This document shows positions 37,841-47,382 of a DNA stretch of 64,000 bases, in pieces. Below the pieces are notes generated by a model. It was not told the DNA's origin and did not search any database. It was given only the letters and a program-made list of their open reading frames with translations. Made by a program: the position numbers and the translations under genes. The number at the start of each line of letters is the position of its first letter. Position 1 is the first letter of the stretch. The DNA comes from an archaeon (lineage in GTDB: Archaea; Nanobdellota; Nanobdellia; Pacearchaeales; GW2011-AR1), in NCBI GenBank assembly GCA_043797265.1, contig JAZDPV010000012.1:32001-96000 (forward strand). Reading direction: 5' to 3'.

Positions 37841-40731
37841 ATGACATCAATCAATGAAACAGAAAAAGAAATTTTAACCTTCTGGAAAAAGGATAAGACA
37901 TTTGAAAAATCACTAAAGAAAACCGAAAAAGGAAAACCCTATATCTTCTACGACGGCCCGCCATTCGCAACCGGTCTCCCGCACTACGGACACCTCCTCG
38001 CCTCGACGCTGAAAGACGTCTTCCCAAGATTCTTCACGATGCAAAGCAGATACGTCAAACGAAACTGGGGATGGGACTGCCACGGACTCCCCGTCGAATC
38101 CATCGCTGAAAAAGAACTCGGCATAAACTCAAAAAACGAAATCGAAAAAATGGGCGTCAAAAAATTCAACGACTTCTGCCGAACTAAAGTCCTAACCTAC
38201 GCCGACGACTGGAAAAAATACATCGACAGAATCGGACGATGGGTCGACTTCGACGACGGCTACAAAACAATGGACACCAACTACATCGAATCGGTCTGGT
38301 GGGCATTCAAGCAACTCTACGAAAAAGGATATTTATACGAAGGCGAAAAAATTCTGCTCTACTGCCCCCGATGTTCAACCCCGCTATCAAAATCCGAAAT
38401 CGCAATGGACAACTCTTACAAAATAACAAAGGACACAACCGTCGTCGTAAAATTCCGCCTTCTGCCTACTTCTAGCGAAGCGGACTACCAGCGAAGCGGA
38501 CTACCAGCGAAGCGGACTTAAATTTTTCCGAAGGAAAAACTTACGCCCTCGCTTGGACAACAACCCCATGGACACTTCCCGGAAACCTCGCCCTCGCAGT
38601 CAATCCAAAAATGACATACGCATACATCAAAGACAAAAACGACGGCAACACCTATCTCCTCGCAAAAGAACTAATACAAAAATTCTACAAATCCAAAGAC
38701 GAATACACAATCACCAAAGAAATCAAAGGCAAAGAACTCGAAGGACAAAAATACGAACCACTCTACCCCTACTTCAAAGACAACCCAAACTCTTTCAAAT
38801 TCCTGCTCGGAGATTTCGTAACAGCCGAAGACGGAACCGGAATCGTCCACGTATCTCCAATGTTCGGCGAAGACGACAACACTATATGTCGAAAATATGA
38901 AATCCCCTTAGTAAACCCCGTCGACGAAAACGGGAACTTCACAAAACTCGTAACCGACTACGCAAACAAATACATCCACGACACAAACGAGCAAATCGCA
39001 GCCGACCTCAAAAAAAATAACAAAGCAATCATGATAAAAAAAACGGAACACGAATACCCGTTCTGCTACCGATGCGACACAAAACTAATGTATCGCGCGC
39101 TCCCCGCTTGGTTCGTCGACATCCAAAAAATCAAAGACAAACTTCTAAAACTAAACCTCAAAATAAATTGGTTCCCAAAAAATCTCAAAGAAGGCCGAAT
39201 GCAACACAACATATCAACCGCCCCCGACTGGAACATCACACGAAACAGATACTGGGCAACCGCAATCCCAATTTGGAAATCACCCTCGGGAAAAATAAAA
39301 GTTCTCGGCTCAATCAAAGAATTAGAAAAACTAACCCATAAAAAAATAACAGACTTGCATAAAGACACCTTGGATAAAATAAAATTATTCCAAGACGGAG
39401 AAACCTACACAAGAATTCCCGAAGTCCTTGACTGCTGGTTCGAATCCGGCGCAATGACCTTCGCACAATTCCATTATCCATTTGAAAACAAAAAATATTT
39501 CGACGAACACTTCCCGGCTCAATTTGTCGTCGAATACATCGCACAAACCCGAGCATGGTTCTACTATATGATCGTCCTCTCCGCAATCCTCTTCGACAAA
39601 ATCCCTTTCGAAAACGTCCTGACAACCGGAACAATACTCGCGGAAGACGGACAAAAAATGTCAAAGTCCCTGAAAAATTACCCAGACCCTCTCGAAGTCA
39701 TCAACAAATACGGGGCAGACACTCTGAGATTCTACCTCCTCCAATCTCCGCTAATGAACGCCGAAAACTTCAACTTCTCGGAAAAAGGCCTCGACGAAAC
39801 ATACAAGCGAATCACAACCCTGCTCTACAACATCTCAAACTTCTATAAAGAATACCAGCAAGACGACGACAAAAATTATCAAAAATCAGACAACCCAATG
39901 GACAAATGGATAATCTCACGAACCGAAAACCTAAACACAACCATCCAAAAAAACCTCGAAAAATACGACACAATAAAAGCCTGCGCGCTCACAAAAAAAT
40001 TCATAGACGACCTCTCGACATGGTACATCAGAAACTCCCGCGACAGATTCAACGACGACGACAAATCCGCAAGAAAAACATTAAGATACGTTCTTGAAAA
40101 AACAACAAAAATCCTCGCACCAATAATCCCATTCGCCACAGAAAAAATATACCAAGATATGAACGGCAAAAAAGAATCAGTCCACCTTCAAGACTACCCC
40201 AAGCCAAATCAAAAACTAATAAACAAAAACCTCGAACAAGAAATGGAAATCGCAAGAGAAATAGTTTCAATCGCGCTAAAAGAAAGAGACAAAGCCCAAA
40301 TCGGAATCAAGTGGCCACTCGCAAAAGCGCAAATCAAGGCACCAATAAAATTGACAAAAGAGCTCGCAGAAATAATAAAAAAAGAACTCAACATAAAAGA
40401 AATTGAAATTAAAAACTTCAAAACCAATGAAACAATAACCGCAATCCTCGACACAAAAATAACTCCCGAACTCGAAGCCGAAGGATTTGCAAGAGAAATC
40501 TCAAGAAAAATCCAGGCAGCGCGAAAAAAAGCAGGACTATCAAAACCCGATTCAATCGAACTCGAAATAATATCAGAGTTCAGCGACAAAATAAAATCGC
40601 AACTCGACTTCATTCAAGAAAGAGTCGGAGCAAAAACAATCTCCCTCGACAAATCCAACAAGAAATTTAATCACTTTGAAGAAGGAAAAATAAAAGACAA
40701 ACCCTTCACAATAAAATTCAACAAAATTTAA
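37841..40731 (+). CDS. ileS: Isoleucyl-tRNA synthetase, frameshifted at a 16-bp tandem repeat (38469-38516)
   Basis: Frame A: DGPPFATGLPHYGH, GWDCHGLP. Frame B from 38518: WTTTPWTLPGN, GTGIVH, DWNITRNRYW, DCWFESG, KMSKS. Confidence 0.92.
38469..38516 (+). repeat. 16-mer tandem repeat x3 inside ileS
   Basis: cttctagcgaagcgga ctaccagcgaagcgga ctaccagcgaagcgga. Confidence 0.92.
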
Positions 40732-40813
40732 CAGCGTCGGTAAAACATTTTCACCCCTTGTTTCCAAAACAATTTGAAGAAACATTTAAATACTATTCAA
40801 CACTAAAACACTT

Positions 40814-41620
40814 ATGATAGTCAAAGAGGAATTTTTAAGTCGGCTAAGAAAAATATTCGACCTAAATCTCTACGAGGTAAAGGTTTGGACAGCACTCCTA
40901 TCCAGAGGAACCTCGACAGCCGGCGAACTCTCATCAATCTCCGACGTCCCGCGCTCCCGAACATACGACATCCTGGAGTCCCTCGAGAAAAAAGGATTCA
41001 TCGTGATGAAACTCGGCAAGCCAATAAAATTCGTCGCGCTAAAACCAGAAGAAGTAATTGAACGGGTAAAAAAGAATCTCGTGATAACCGCAAGAGAAAA
41101 ATCAAAAATTTTAGAAAAACTAAAAGGCAACGATGTTCTCGAAGAATTAAAAAGTTTATTCACAGACGGAATTAAATACATTGAACCTACCGACCTGTCT
41201 GGCGCGCTCAAAGGACGACAAAATATTTACAACCATTTGGACATGCTCGTCAGGGAAGCACAAAACGCAATCACGCTCGTGACAACCGCAGACGGACTAA
41301 GCCGAAAACTTGAAATCCTCTTGCCGTCATTGGAAAAAGCAAAAAAGCGAGGCGTAACAATTCGAATCGCCGCACCAATCACCGAAGACAACAAGCAAGT
41401 CGCAAAAGATTTTGCAAAAGTAGCCGAAGTCCGAAATGTCGAATCACTCCGGGCACGATTCATGATAATCGACAGCGAACAACTAATGTTCATGCTTCTA
41501 AACGACGAAGACGTCCACCCAACTTACGATTTGGGAGTATGGCTAAACACAAAATTTTTCGCCCAAGCCCTCGAACAACTTTTCGAAATCGCCTGGAACA
41601 ATTTTAAGCAAGTTAAATAG
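40814..41620 (+). CDS. TrmB-family transcriptional regulator / chromatin protein
   Basis: LNLYEVKVWTALL..STAGELS..SDVPRSRTYDILESLEKKGF. Confidence 0.9.
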   Translation: MIVKEEFLSRLRKIFDLNLYEVKVWTALLSRGTSTAGELSSISDVPRSRTYDILESLEKKGFIVMKLGKPIKFVALKPEEVIERVKKNLVITAREKSKILEKLKGNDVLEELKSLFTDGIKYIEPTDLSGALKGRQNIYNHLDMLVREAQNAITLVTTADGLSRKLEILLPSLEKAKKRGVTIRIAAPITEDNKQVAKDFAKVAEVRNVESLRARFMIIDSEQLMFMLLNDEDVHPTYDLGVWLNTKFFAQALEQLFEIAWNNFKQVK

Positions 41621-41699
41621 TTCTAACATTAACCATCCTCAAATCTATACAACAAGCAAGGATAAATACATTTTTATAACAAATAACCTATAAGACAAT

Positions 41700-42212
41700 A
41701 TGAAATTCATATTTAAAAATAATAATCCGCAACCCCAAGAAAAAGAAATACCATTAATTTGGGAAAAAAATGAACCAAAAATTATTAAAAATATTTATCA
41801 AATAACGGGCTTAAAATTAAAAACAAACAAAATAATTTGTACAATCGATAATTCAACTTCTCACGGACTTTATGGATACAAAAATATAACACTTGGAATA
41901 AAAGGAGGAATCACTAAAGACGATATACTTATGGTAATTACCCATGAACTTTTTCATATTTTTTATTGGGGAAAAATTAGAAAAATAAAATTATCAAAAG
42001 GGTTCCTCGGCAAAGAAACAAAAAAAGAATGGGAACTCGCAGAAATAACCGCCTTTTTTATAACAAGCGAACCAAAACTAAAAAAATTTTGGCCAAATGC
42101 AAAAGTATATCTTTACCCTGAGACCAAAGAACTATATAAAAAAGTAAAAAGATTTTGGAAGAAAAAAGATTTTGAATATTTTTTGAAAAATTCATATAAG
42201 CAAGTCAAATAA
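41700..42212 (+). CDS. AT-rich hypothetical protein with HEXXH zincin motif
   Basis: VITHELFH, later E (WELAE); ends KQVK* like trmB. Confidence 0.65.
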   Translation: MKFIFKNNNPQPQEKEIPLIWEKNEPKIIKNIYQITGLKLKTNKIICTIDNSTSHGLYGYKNITLGIKGGITKDDILMVITHELFHIFYWGKIRKIKLSKGFLGKETKKEWELAEITAFFITSEPKLKKFWPNAKVYLYPETKELYKKVKRFWKKKDFEYFLKNSYKQVK

Positions 42213-43865
42213 TTACATCTCCTCCAACGTCTCAATCCCCAACAATCCCAAACCCTTTCCCAAAACTTCTTTAAATTTAGAAACAATCGCCAATCTAAAA
42301 CCTTCCTCCCTCGAATCAATCACCGGACACGAATGATAAAACTCATTAAACAGCGTCGCCAACTCAAAACAATAATTCGCAACCAAATTCGGCGCCAAAT
42401 TCTCGTAAGCCCTCTCGACAACCTCGCCAAAAAAATCAATCTTCTTCAACAACTTAACCTCAACATCCTCAAGCTTACTGAAACCTGAAACCCGAAACCC
42501 GAAACCTCGTCGATTTTTCAAAATCGACGACGCCCTCGCATACGAATACAAAAGATACGGCCCCGTATCTCCTTCAAAACTCAAAAACTTATCAGCATCA
42601 AAAACCATGTTGTTCTCCCGGGAATTTTTCAAGTCACCATAAAAAATCGCCGCCAACGCAATCTTCCGAGCCCTCAAACCCAACTCTCTCGATGACAATT
42701 TCCCTCTCTCTAACAAACTCTTCTTCGCCTTCTCAACAACCTCATTAAAAATATCCTTCATAAAAATCGTTTTCCCGCTCCTCGTCGCCAACTTTTTCCC
42801 GTCGCTGCCCAAATATAATCCATGCGAAACATGAACACAATCCTTCGCCCACTCATATCCCATCTTTTCAAGAACTCTAAAAAATTGTTTGAAATGCAAA
42901 CTCTGCTCGCATCCCACTTCATAAATCATTCTATCAAAATTATACTTCTCCTTCCTATCAATCGCCGCCGCCAAATCTCTCGTCGCATAAAGCGAAGTCC
43001 CGTCGCTCTTCTCGATTAAAACAACCCCTAAATTCTCGCCAGCCAAATCAACAATCTCCGCCCCCTCGTTTTTCTTCAGTAACTTCTTCTTCCGCAACTC
43101 ATCAACGACCACACCCATCTTATCATTATAAAAACTCTCCCCAGAAACAACATCAAACTTAACCCCAAGCAAATTATAAATCTCATTAAACTCCCCCAAC
43201 GACAATTTCCTAAACCTCTTCCACAATCTCACATTCTCAGCGTCGCCATTCTCCAATTTCCTAAACTCCTCTCGCGCCGCATCCTCAAATTCACCGGCAC
43301 TCGCCAGAACATACAAATCATACAAATGTTCAACCGGACTCTTCTTCAACTTCTCCTCGCTACCCCATTTCTTAAAACCAAAAATCACTTTCCCAAACTG
43401 CGTCCCCCAATCCCCGAGATAATTAATCTTCACGACCTCAAACCCATTCGCCTCGCAAATTTTCCCAATAGAATTCCCGATAATCGTCGACCTCAAATGT
43501 CCAATCCCAAACGGCTTCGCAATATTCGGCGACGACATATCAATCACAATTTTCCCCATTTTCTTCGCAACTCTTTTCTTCTCCGTAAAAACTTTTTTCG
43601 CCAAAACTTTCTTATCAATAAAAAAATTCACATAAGCCCCGCGCGAATCAACATTTGAAATCCCCGTCGGCAAATCTTTCTTAATCTTCTCTGCAACATC
43701 CTTCGCAACAATCAACGGATTTTTCTTCACCGACTTCGCCAACTCAAAACACGGAAAAGCAAAATCCCCCATCTCATCCTTCGGCGGAACCTCGACCAAT
43801 TTCGCAACTTCACCCTCGGACAAACCAACTTCCCTTGCCAACAAGCCAATAACAACTTCCTTCAT
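42213..43865 (-). CDS. argS: Arginyl-tRNA synthetase
   Basis: SSPNIAKPFGIGHLRSTIIG, NYLGDWGTQFG, KSDGTSLYATRD, EGDTGPYLLYSYAR, EEM C-terminus. Confidence 0.96.
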   Translation of the reverse strand: MKEVVIGLLAREVGLSEGEVAKLVEVPPKDEMGDFAFPCFELAKSVKKNPLIVAKDVAEKIKKDLPTGISNVDSRGAYVNFFIDKKVLAKKVFTEKKRVAKKMGKIVIDMSSPNIAKPFGIGHLRSTIIGNSIGKICEANGFEVVKINYLGDWGTQFGKVIFGFKKWGSEEKLKKSPVEHLYDLYVLASAGEFEDAAREEFRKLENGDAENVRLWKRFRKLSLGEFNEIYNLLGVKFDVVSGESFYNDKMGVVVDELRKKKLLKKNEGAEIVDLAGENLGVVLIEKSDGTSLYATRDLAAAIDRKEKYNFDRMIYEVGCEQSLHFKQFFRVLEKMGYEWAKDCVHVSHGLYLGSDGKKLATRSGKTIFMKDIFNEVVEKAKKSLLERGKLSSRELGLRARKIALAAIFYGDLKNSRENNMVFDADKFLSFEGDTGPYLLYSYARASSILKNRRGFGFRVSGFSKLEDVEVKLLKKIDFFGEVVERAYENLAPNLVANYCFELATLFNEFYHSCPVIDSREEGFRLAIVSKFKEVLGKGLGLLGIETLEEM

Positions 43866-43927
43866 GCAACACCATAGCAAAATCAATTTATTAAACTTTT
43901 GAAACCCTACGGGTTAAAACATATCCA

Positions 43928-44000
43928 CTTCCAGCATCGACAAAGTCGACGCGAACTTCCAGAAAAATCAAGGATTTTCGAACTACCAGCGAAGCGGACT
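43928..44000 (+). repeat. CTWCCA-[hairpin]-GRA array with three different hairpins
   Basis: cttcca gcatcgacAAAgtcgacgc gaa cttcca gaaaaatcAAGgattttc gaa ctacca gcGAAgc gga ct. Confidence 0.75.
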
Positions 44001-44004
44001 GAAA

Positions 44005-45882
44005 TTAAAAAATCGCCCAATGATTTTTTAATTTCTGCTCCCTGTCCAAAACACTCCCCCTCTTGTTAATCCTCGGCCTCCCACTCTCTTTATCTTTTCT
44101 CAAAGTAATATCCAAACTTTTCAACAATTCACCAACCCCATCTTCAAAATTCCTAACCTCACTCGCCTCACAAACCCCAACTCTTTTCTTTAATTCGTGT
44201 TCATTCGTGTTCATTCGTGAGCCCTTACTTTCTCCGTCCATCCGCGAGCCGACCTCAGAAAAATTAATAATCAAATCCGCCAAATACGAAACCAACAACA
44301 AATCGTGCTCGACGACAAACGCCGTCTTTCCCCTCTCGACCATCACATCCTTAATCGCCTTCGCAACCAAAATCCTCTCCTCAACATCCAGATAAGCCGA
44401 CGGCTCGTCCAAAAAATAAACATCCGCGTCCTTCGCCAAACATCTCGCAACGCTAAATCTCTGCAACTCCCCGCCAGACAATTCCCTCAATTTCTTCCCA
44501 ACCAAAACCCCAAGATTAAACACCGACGACAATTTCTTATTTATCTTCTCCCTAAAAACAATATCCCGAACAAACTCCTCGCTCTCGCTAAACAAATACT
44601 GCGACTTATAAGAAATATCCAAACCTAAATCAAGTCCGTGTTTGTCCGTGTTTGTCCGTGTGCTATTTTTCTTACCACCAAGTCGTTCAGATATCTCCAC
44701 ATCACAAGAACAATTTTCATCGAGCTCGCCCACCAGCGCCCGCACAAATGACGTCTTCCCCGTTCCATTCTTTCCCAAAATCCCAATCACATGATTCTCC
44801 CTAATTTCCCCACCCTTCACATTTAACTCAAACCCCGAATCAAATCTCAAATTAAAATCAGGCCACTCCCCGATTTTTCCCCCAGACACCGACGCATTTT
44901 TCGTAAAATTAAAATTCAATTCCTTATCCCGAATCAATAAATTCTCCTCTTTCAAAAATCCCTTCAGATAAGCATTAACACCTTCCCTCGAACTCTTGAC
45001 CCCACTCACCGTCCCGAAAACTCCCTGCGCCCCATAAAACACATTTAAATAATCCGTCAAATAATCCAGCACCAACAAATCATGCTCGACGACAATCACC
45101 GTCTTATCTCGACCAATCTCCTTGATAAAATCCGAAACTCTCAATCTCTCTCCAATATCCAAAAACGCCAACGGCTCGTCGAAAAAATAAATATCAGCGT
45201 CGCCCAAACTCGCCGCCAAAATCGCAACTCTCTGCAACTCACCACCGCTAAGCTTGTCCATCCTATTCCCCAAAATATTCTCGACATTCAACTTCTTCGC
45301 TAATTCCCTAATTTCTTTTTTGTCCCCACGATTCTCCAACAACTCCATCACACCAATGTCCTTCGCCAACACCGACAAATTCTGCGGCTTATACGAAACC
45401 TTCTTGTCTCCAAGTAAATCAAAATATTTCTGCAACTCACTCCCCTTGAATTTCCCAACATCAATTTCTATATTTCCAGACAAAATTTTTACAGCAGTCG
45501 ATTTCCCAATCCCATTCCTCCCGAGCAAACCCAAAACTTTCCCAACCTTAGGAATAGGCAAACCATACAACGCAAACCCATTCGCCCCATATCGATAAAC
45601 CAAATCTTCCTCACTCACCGACGGCAAATTCACAATATCAATCGCACCCAACGGACATCGCTTCACACAAATCGCGCACCCAACACAACTTTTCTCATCA
45701 ATAACACACTTGCCCGATGAAGGTGGCACCTTGGTGCCCTCTATAGAGGGTATGCCGCGTGCGGCGCTACCAATAACGACGCAACTATCAGACTCCTTCT
45801 TCTCAACCGGACAATATTTCTTACACTCGCGCCCGCACACCGTCGGCTTACATTTCTCCCGATGAACAATCGCCAATCTCAT
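44005..45882 (-). CDS. rli: Ribosome recycling ATPase ABCE1/RLI
   Basis: N-terminal Fe-S motifs (CKKYCP; CVGCAICVKRCP), two ABC domains (GRNGIGKST, GKNGTGKT, LSGGELQR). Confidence 0.94.
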   Translation of the reverse strand: MRLAIVHREKCKPTVCGRECKKYCPVEKKESDSCVVIGSAARGIPSIEGTKVPPSSGKCVIDEKSCVGCAICVKRCPLGAIDIVNLPSVSEEDLVYRYGANGFALYGLPIPKVGKVLGLLGRNGIGKSTAVKILSGNIEIDVGKFKGSELQKYFDLLGDKKVSYKPQNLSVLAKDIGVMELLENRGDKKEIRELAKKLNVENILGNRMDKLSGGELQRVAILAASLGDADIYFFDEPLAFLDIGERLRVSDFIKEIGRDKTVIVVEHDLLVLDYLTDYLNVFYGAQGVFGTVSGVKSSREGVNAYLKGFLKEENLLIRDKELNFNFTKNASVSGGKIGEWPDFNLRFDSGFELNVKGGEIRENHVIGILGKNGTGKTSFVRALVGELDENCSCDVEISERLGGKKNSTRTNTDKHGLDLGLDISYKSQYLFSESEEFVRDIVFREKINKKLSSVFNLGVLVGKKLRELSGGELQRFSVARCLAKDADVYFLDEPSAYLDVEERILVAKAIKDVMVERGKTAFVVEHDLLLVSYLADLIINFSEVGSRMDGESKGSRMNTNEHELKKRVGVCEASEVRNFEDGVGELLKSLDITLRKDKESGRPRINKRGSVLDREQKLKNHWAIF

Positions 45883-45916
45883 AAAAATAAATAGAATCAT
45901 TCAGTTTTAAGTTTAC

Positions 45917-46246
45917 CTAAATCTCTATCCCCGTTTCAACCGCTTCTCTCACAATCGTAACCTGATTTTTCAATCTGTCAAATTCTTCAGGAGTATAACA
46001 CAAAAAATCAACCGGAAGCCCAATATCCGTTTTCAAATGCCATTCCAAATACAAATCCGGCGACCTCTTGAACGAACTCACTCCTTCAAACTTTTTACTT
46101 ACTATTATCAAATCTACATCACTATCCTCGTGTGGTTTCCCCGACGCCCTGCTTCCAAAAAAAATAATTTTCTCAGCACCATACTTTTTAGAAATTTTAT
46201 TCTTAAACCTCTTTAATTTTTTTATCAAAGATTCTTTTTTACCCAT
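45917..46246 (-). CDS. MNT (minimal nucleotidyltransferase) antitoxin
   Basis: FFGSRASG..EDSDVDLIIVS, CYTPEEF. Confidence 0.88.
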   Translation of the reverse strand: MGKKESLIKKLKRFKNKISKKYGAEKIIFFGSRASGKPHEDSDVDLIIVSKKFEGVSSFKRSPDLYLEWHLKTDIGLPVDFLCYTPEEFDRLKNQVTIVREAVETGIEI

Positions 46247-46596
46247 TTCAAAACCTCCTCGGCAAACTCAACAATTTTATTACACTCCTCCGCAGAATAA
46301 ACTCCTCCATTGTCCGGGTATCTAATTGCAGTATAAACCGGATTTATCAAAGAACATAATTTTATTATTTCACTCGGCGCACCTGCCAATTTAGCAAGCT
46401 CAATCAAATCATGAATTTTAGGAAACTGACTACTCTTCTTTATTAAAATTGCCTTAAACGCTTTCTCTGCAGACTGTTGAGCAAAAAACACCGCAGCATC
46501 AAGCATACTGCCATCCAAATTGTACTTAGCAATCTTCATATCGCTATCGGACTTTTCAATCCACTTCCGAAAACTTTCATCTTCTTGCCATACCAT
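46225..46596 (-). CDS. HEPN-domain toxin
   Basis: FFAQQSAEKAFKA, KIHDL, IRYPD. Confidence 0.88.
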   Translation of the reverse strand: MVWQEDESFRKWIEKSDSDMKIAKYNLDGSMLDAAVFFAQQSAEKAFKAILIKKSSQFPKIHDLIELAKLAGAPSEIIKLCSLINPVYTAIRYPDNGGVYSAEECNKIVEFAEEVLKWVKKNL

Positions 46597-46630
46597 AACA
46601 ACTAAAAATAAAACTCATATTTAAAACTTC

Positions 46631-46687
46631 TTACAACCCACACGCCGCCAGCTTACATTCCTCCTTATGAACAATCGCTAACTTCAT
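46631..46687 (-). pseudogene. Relic duplicate of the ABCE1 5' end
   Basis: MKLAIVHKEECKLAACGL* vs active MRLAIVHREKCKPTVCG. Confidence 0.88.
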
Positions 46688-46732
46688 AAAAAGCAAACAA
46701 AAAATAATTTTATAAACCCACCAACACCCCAA

Positions 46733-46775
46733 GCGGCGAAGCCACCCCGTATCCAAAAACGAAGTTCTCCAAATG
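46733..46775 (+). repeat. Degenerate GAA-triloop hairpin element, copy 4
   Basis: gcggcGAAgccacc...aaaaacGAAgttctc caaat. Confidence 0.6.
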
Positions 46776-46804
46776 GCTCCTATCCCAAAATTGCCCCCTC
46801 AATT

Positions 46805-46838
46805 CCTAACAGCTAATAGCTAATAGCTAATAGCTAAC
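46805..46838 (+). repeat. Heptamer tandem repeat GCTAATA
   Basis: cctaaca gctaata gctaata gctaata gctaac. Confidence 0.88.
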
Positions 46839-47037
46839 ATCTAGCGCCGCACTCACTACAAAACTTCACACCCGACTCAATCGGCCAACCACACTCGCAC
46901 CTCCGAACCTTCTCGACCTTCGCCTCCTCGACAATTTCATAATCACTCCTCCCCGACAAAACCTTCCCAAGAATTTTCCTTATCTTATTTCTGTCCTCGC
47001 CTTCTTCCTGATACTTCGTCAAATCAAACCCATCCAT
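46834..47037 (-). CDS. Small zinc-ribbon protein
   Basis: RRCECG...KFCSECGA. Confidence 0.65.
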   Translation of the reverse strand: MDGFDLTKYQEEGEDRNKIRKILGKVLSGRSDYEIVEEAKVEKVRRCECGWPIESGVKFCSECGARC

Positions 47038-47088
47038 GAAATATTTTATTACCGATAATTTTTAAAGTTATCCAAACATAAAATACAA

Positions 47089-47161
47089 GCCTCCGTAGCT
47101 CAGTTGACAGAGCATTTGCTTCGTAAGCAAAGGGTCACGGGTTTGAATCCCGTCGGAGGCT
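47089..47161 (+). tRNA. tRNA-Thr(CGT)
   Basis: Acceptor GCCTCCG/CGGAGGC, anticodon arm TTTGC-TTCGTAA-GCAAA, T-loop TTTGAAT (atypical T56). Confidence 0.9.
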
Positions 47162-47274
47162 TAGATTCAAACCTGTGACGTCACGGGTGAGCAATTCGCT
47201 TCGAGCGAAAACTATTCAAAAAATTATTTTCGCGAAATGCAAATTGCGAATAAAAGAATCCCGTCGGAGGCTTA
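47162..47274 (+). mobile_element. tRNA T-arm-associated ~110-bp element (copy at tRNA-Thr)
   Basis: Inverted T-arm copy 47164-47179, direct gtcacgggt 47180-47188, conserved core, repeated tRNA 3' end gaatcccgtcggaggctta 47256-47274. Confidence 0.8.
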
Positions 47275-47279
47275 ATGTC

Positions 47280-47382
47280 AAATTTAATTTTTAGCAGGTT
47301 CAGGCAAGGCGCGAGGTTGCGTGGCGTATACTAATACGCGAGCGGAATCGCAACGAAGCATCAACCGCTAAAAATTAAATTT
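47280..47382. mobile_element. MITE-like element with ~20-bp terminal inverted repeats
   Basis: aaatttaatttttagcaggtt ... aaccgctaaaaattaaattt around a GC-rich hairpin interior; right end overlaps the copA stop. Confidence 0.65.
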
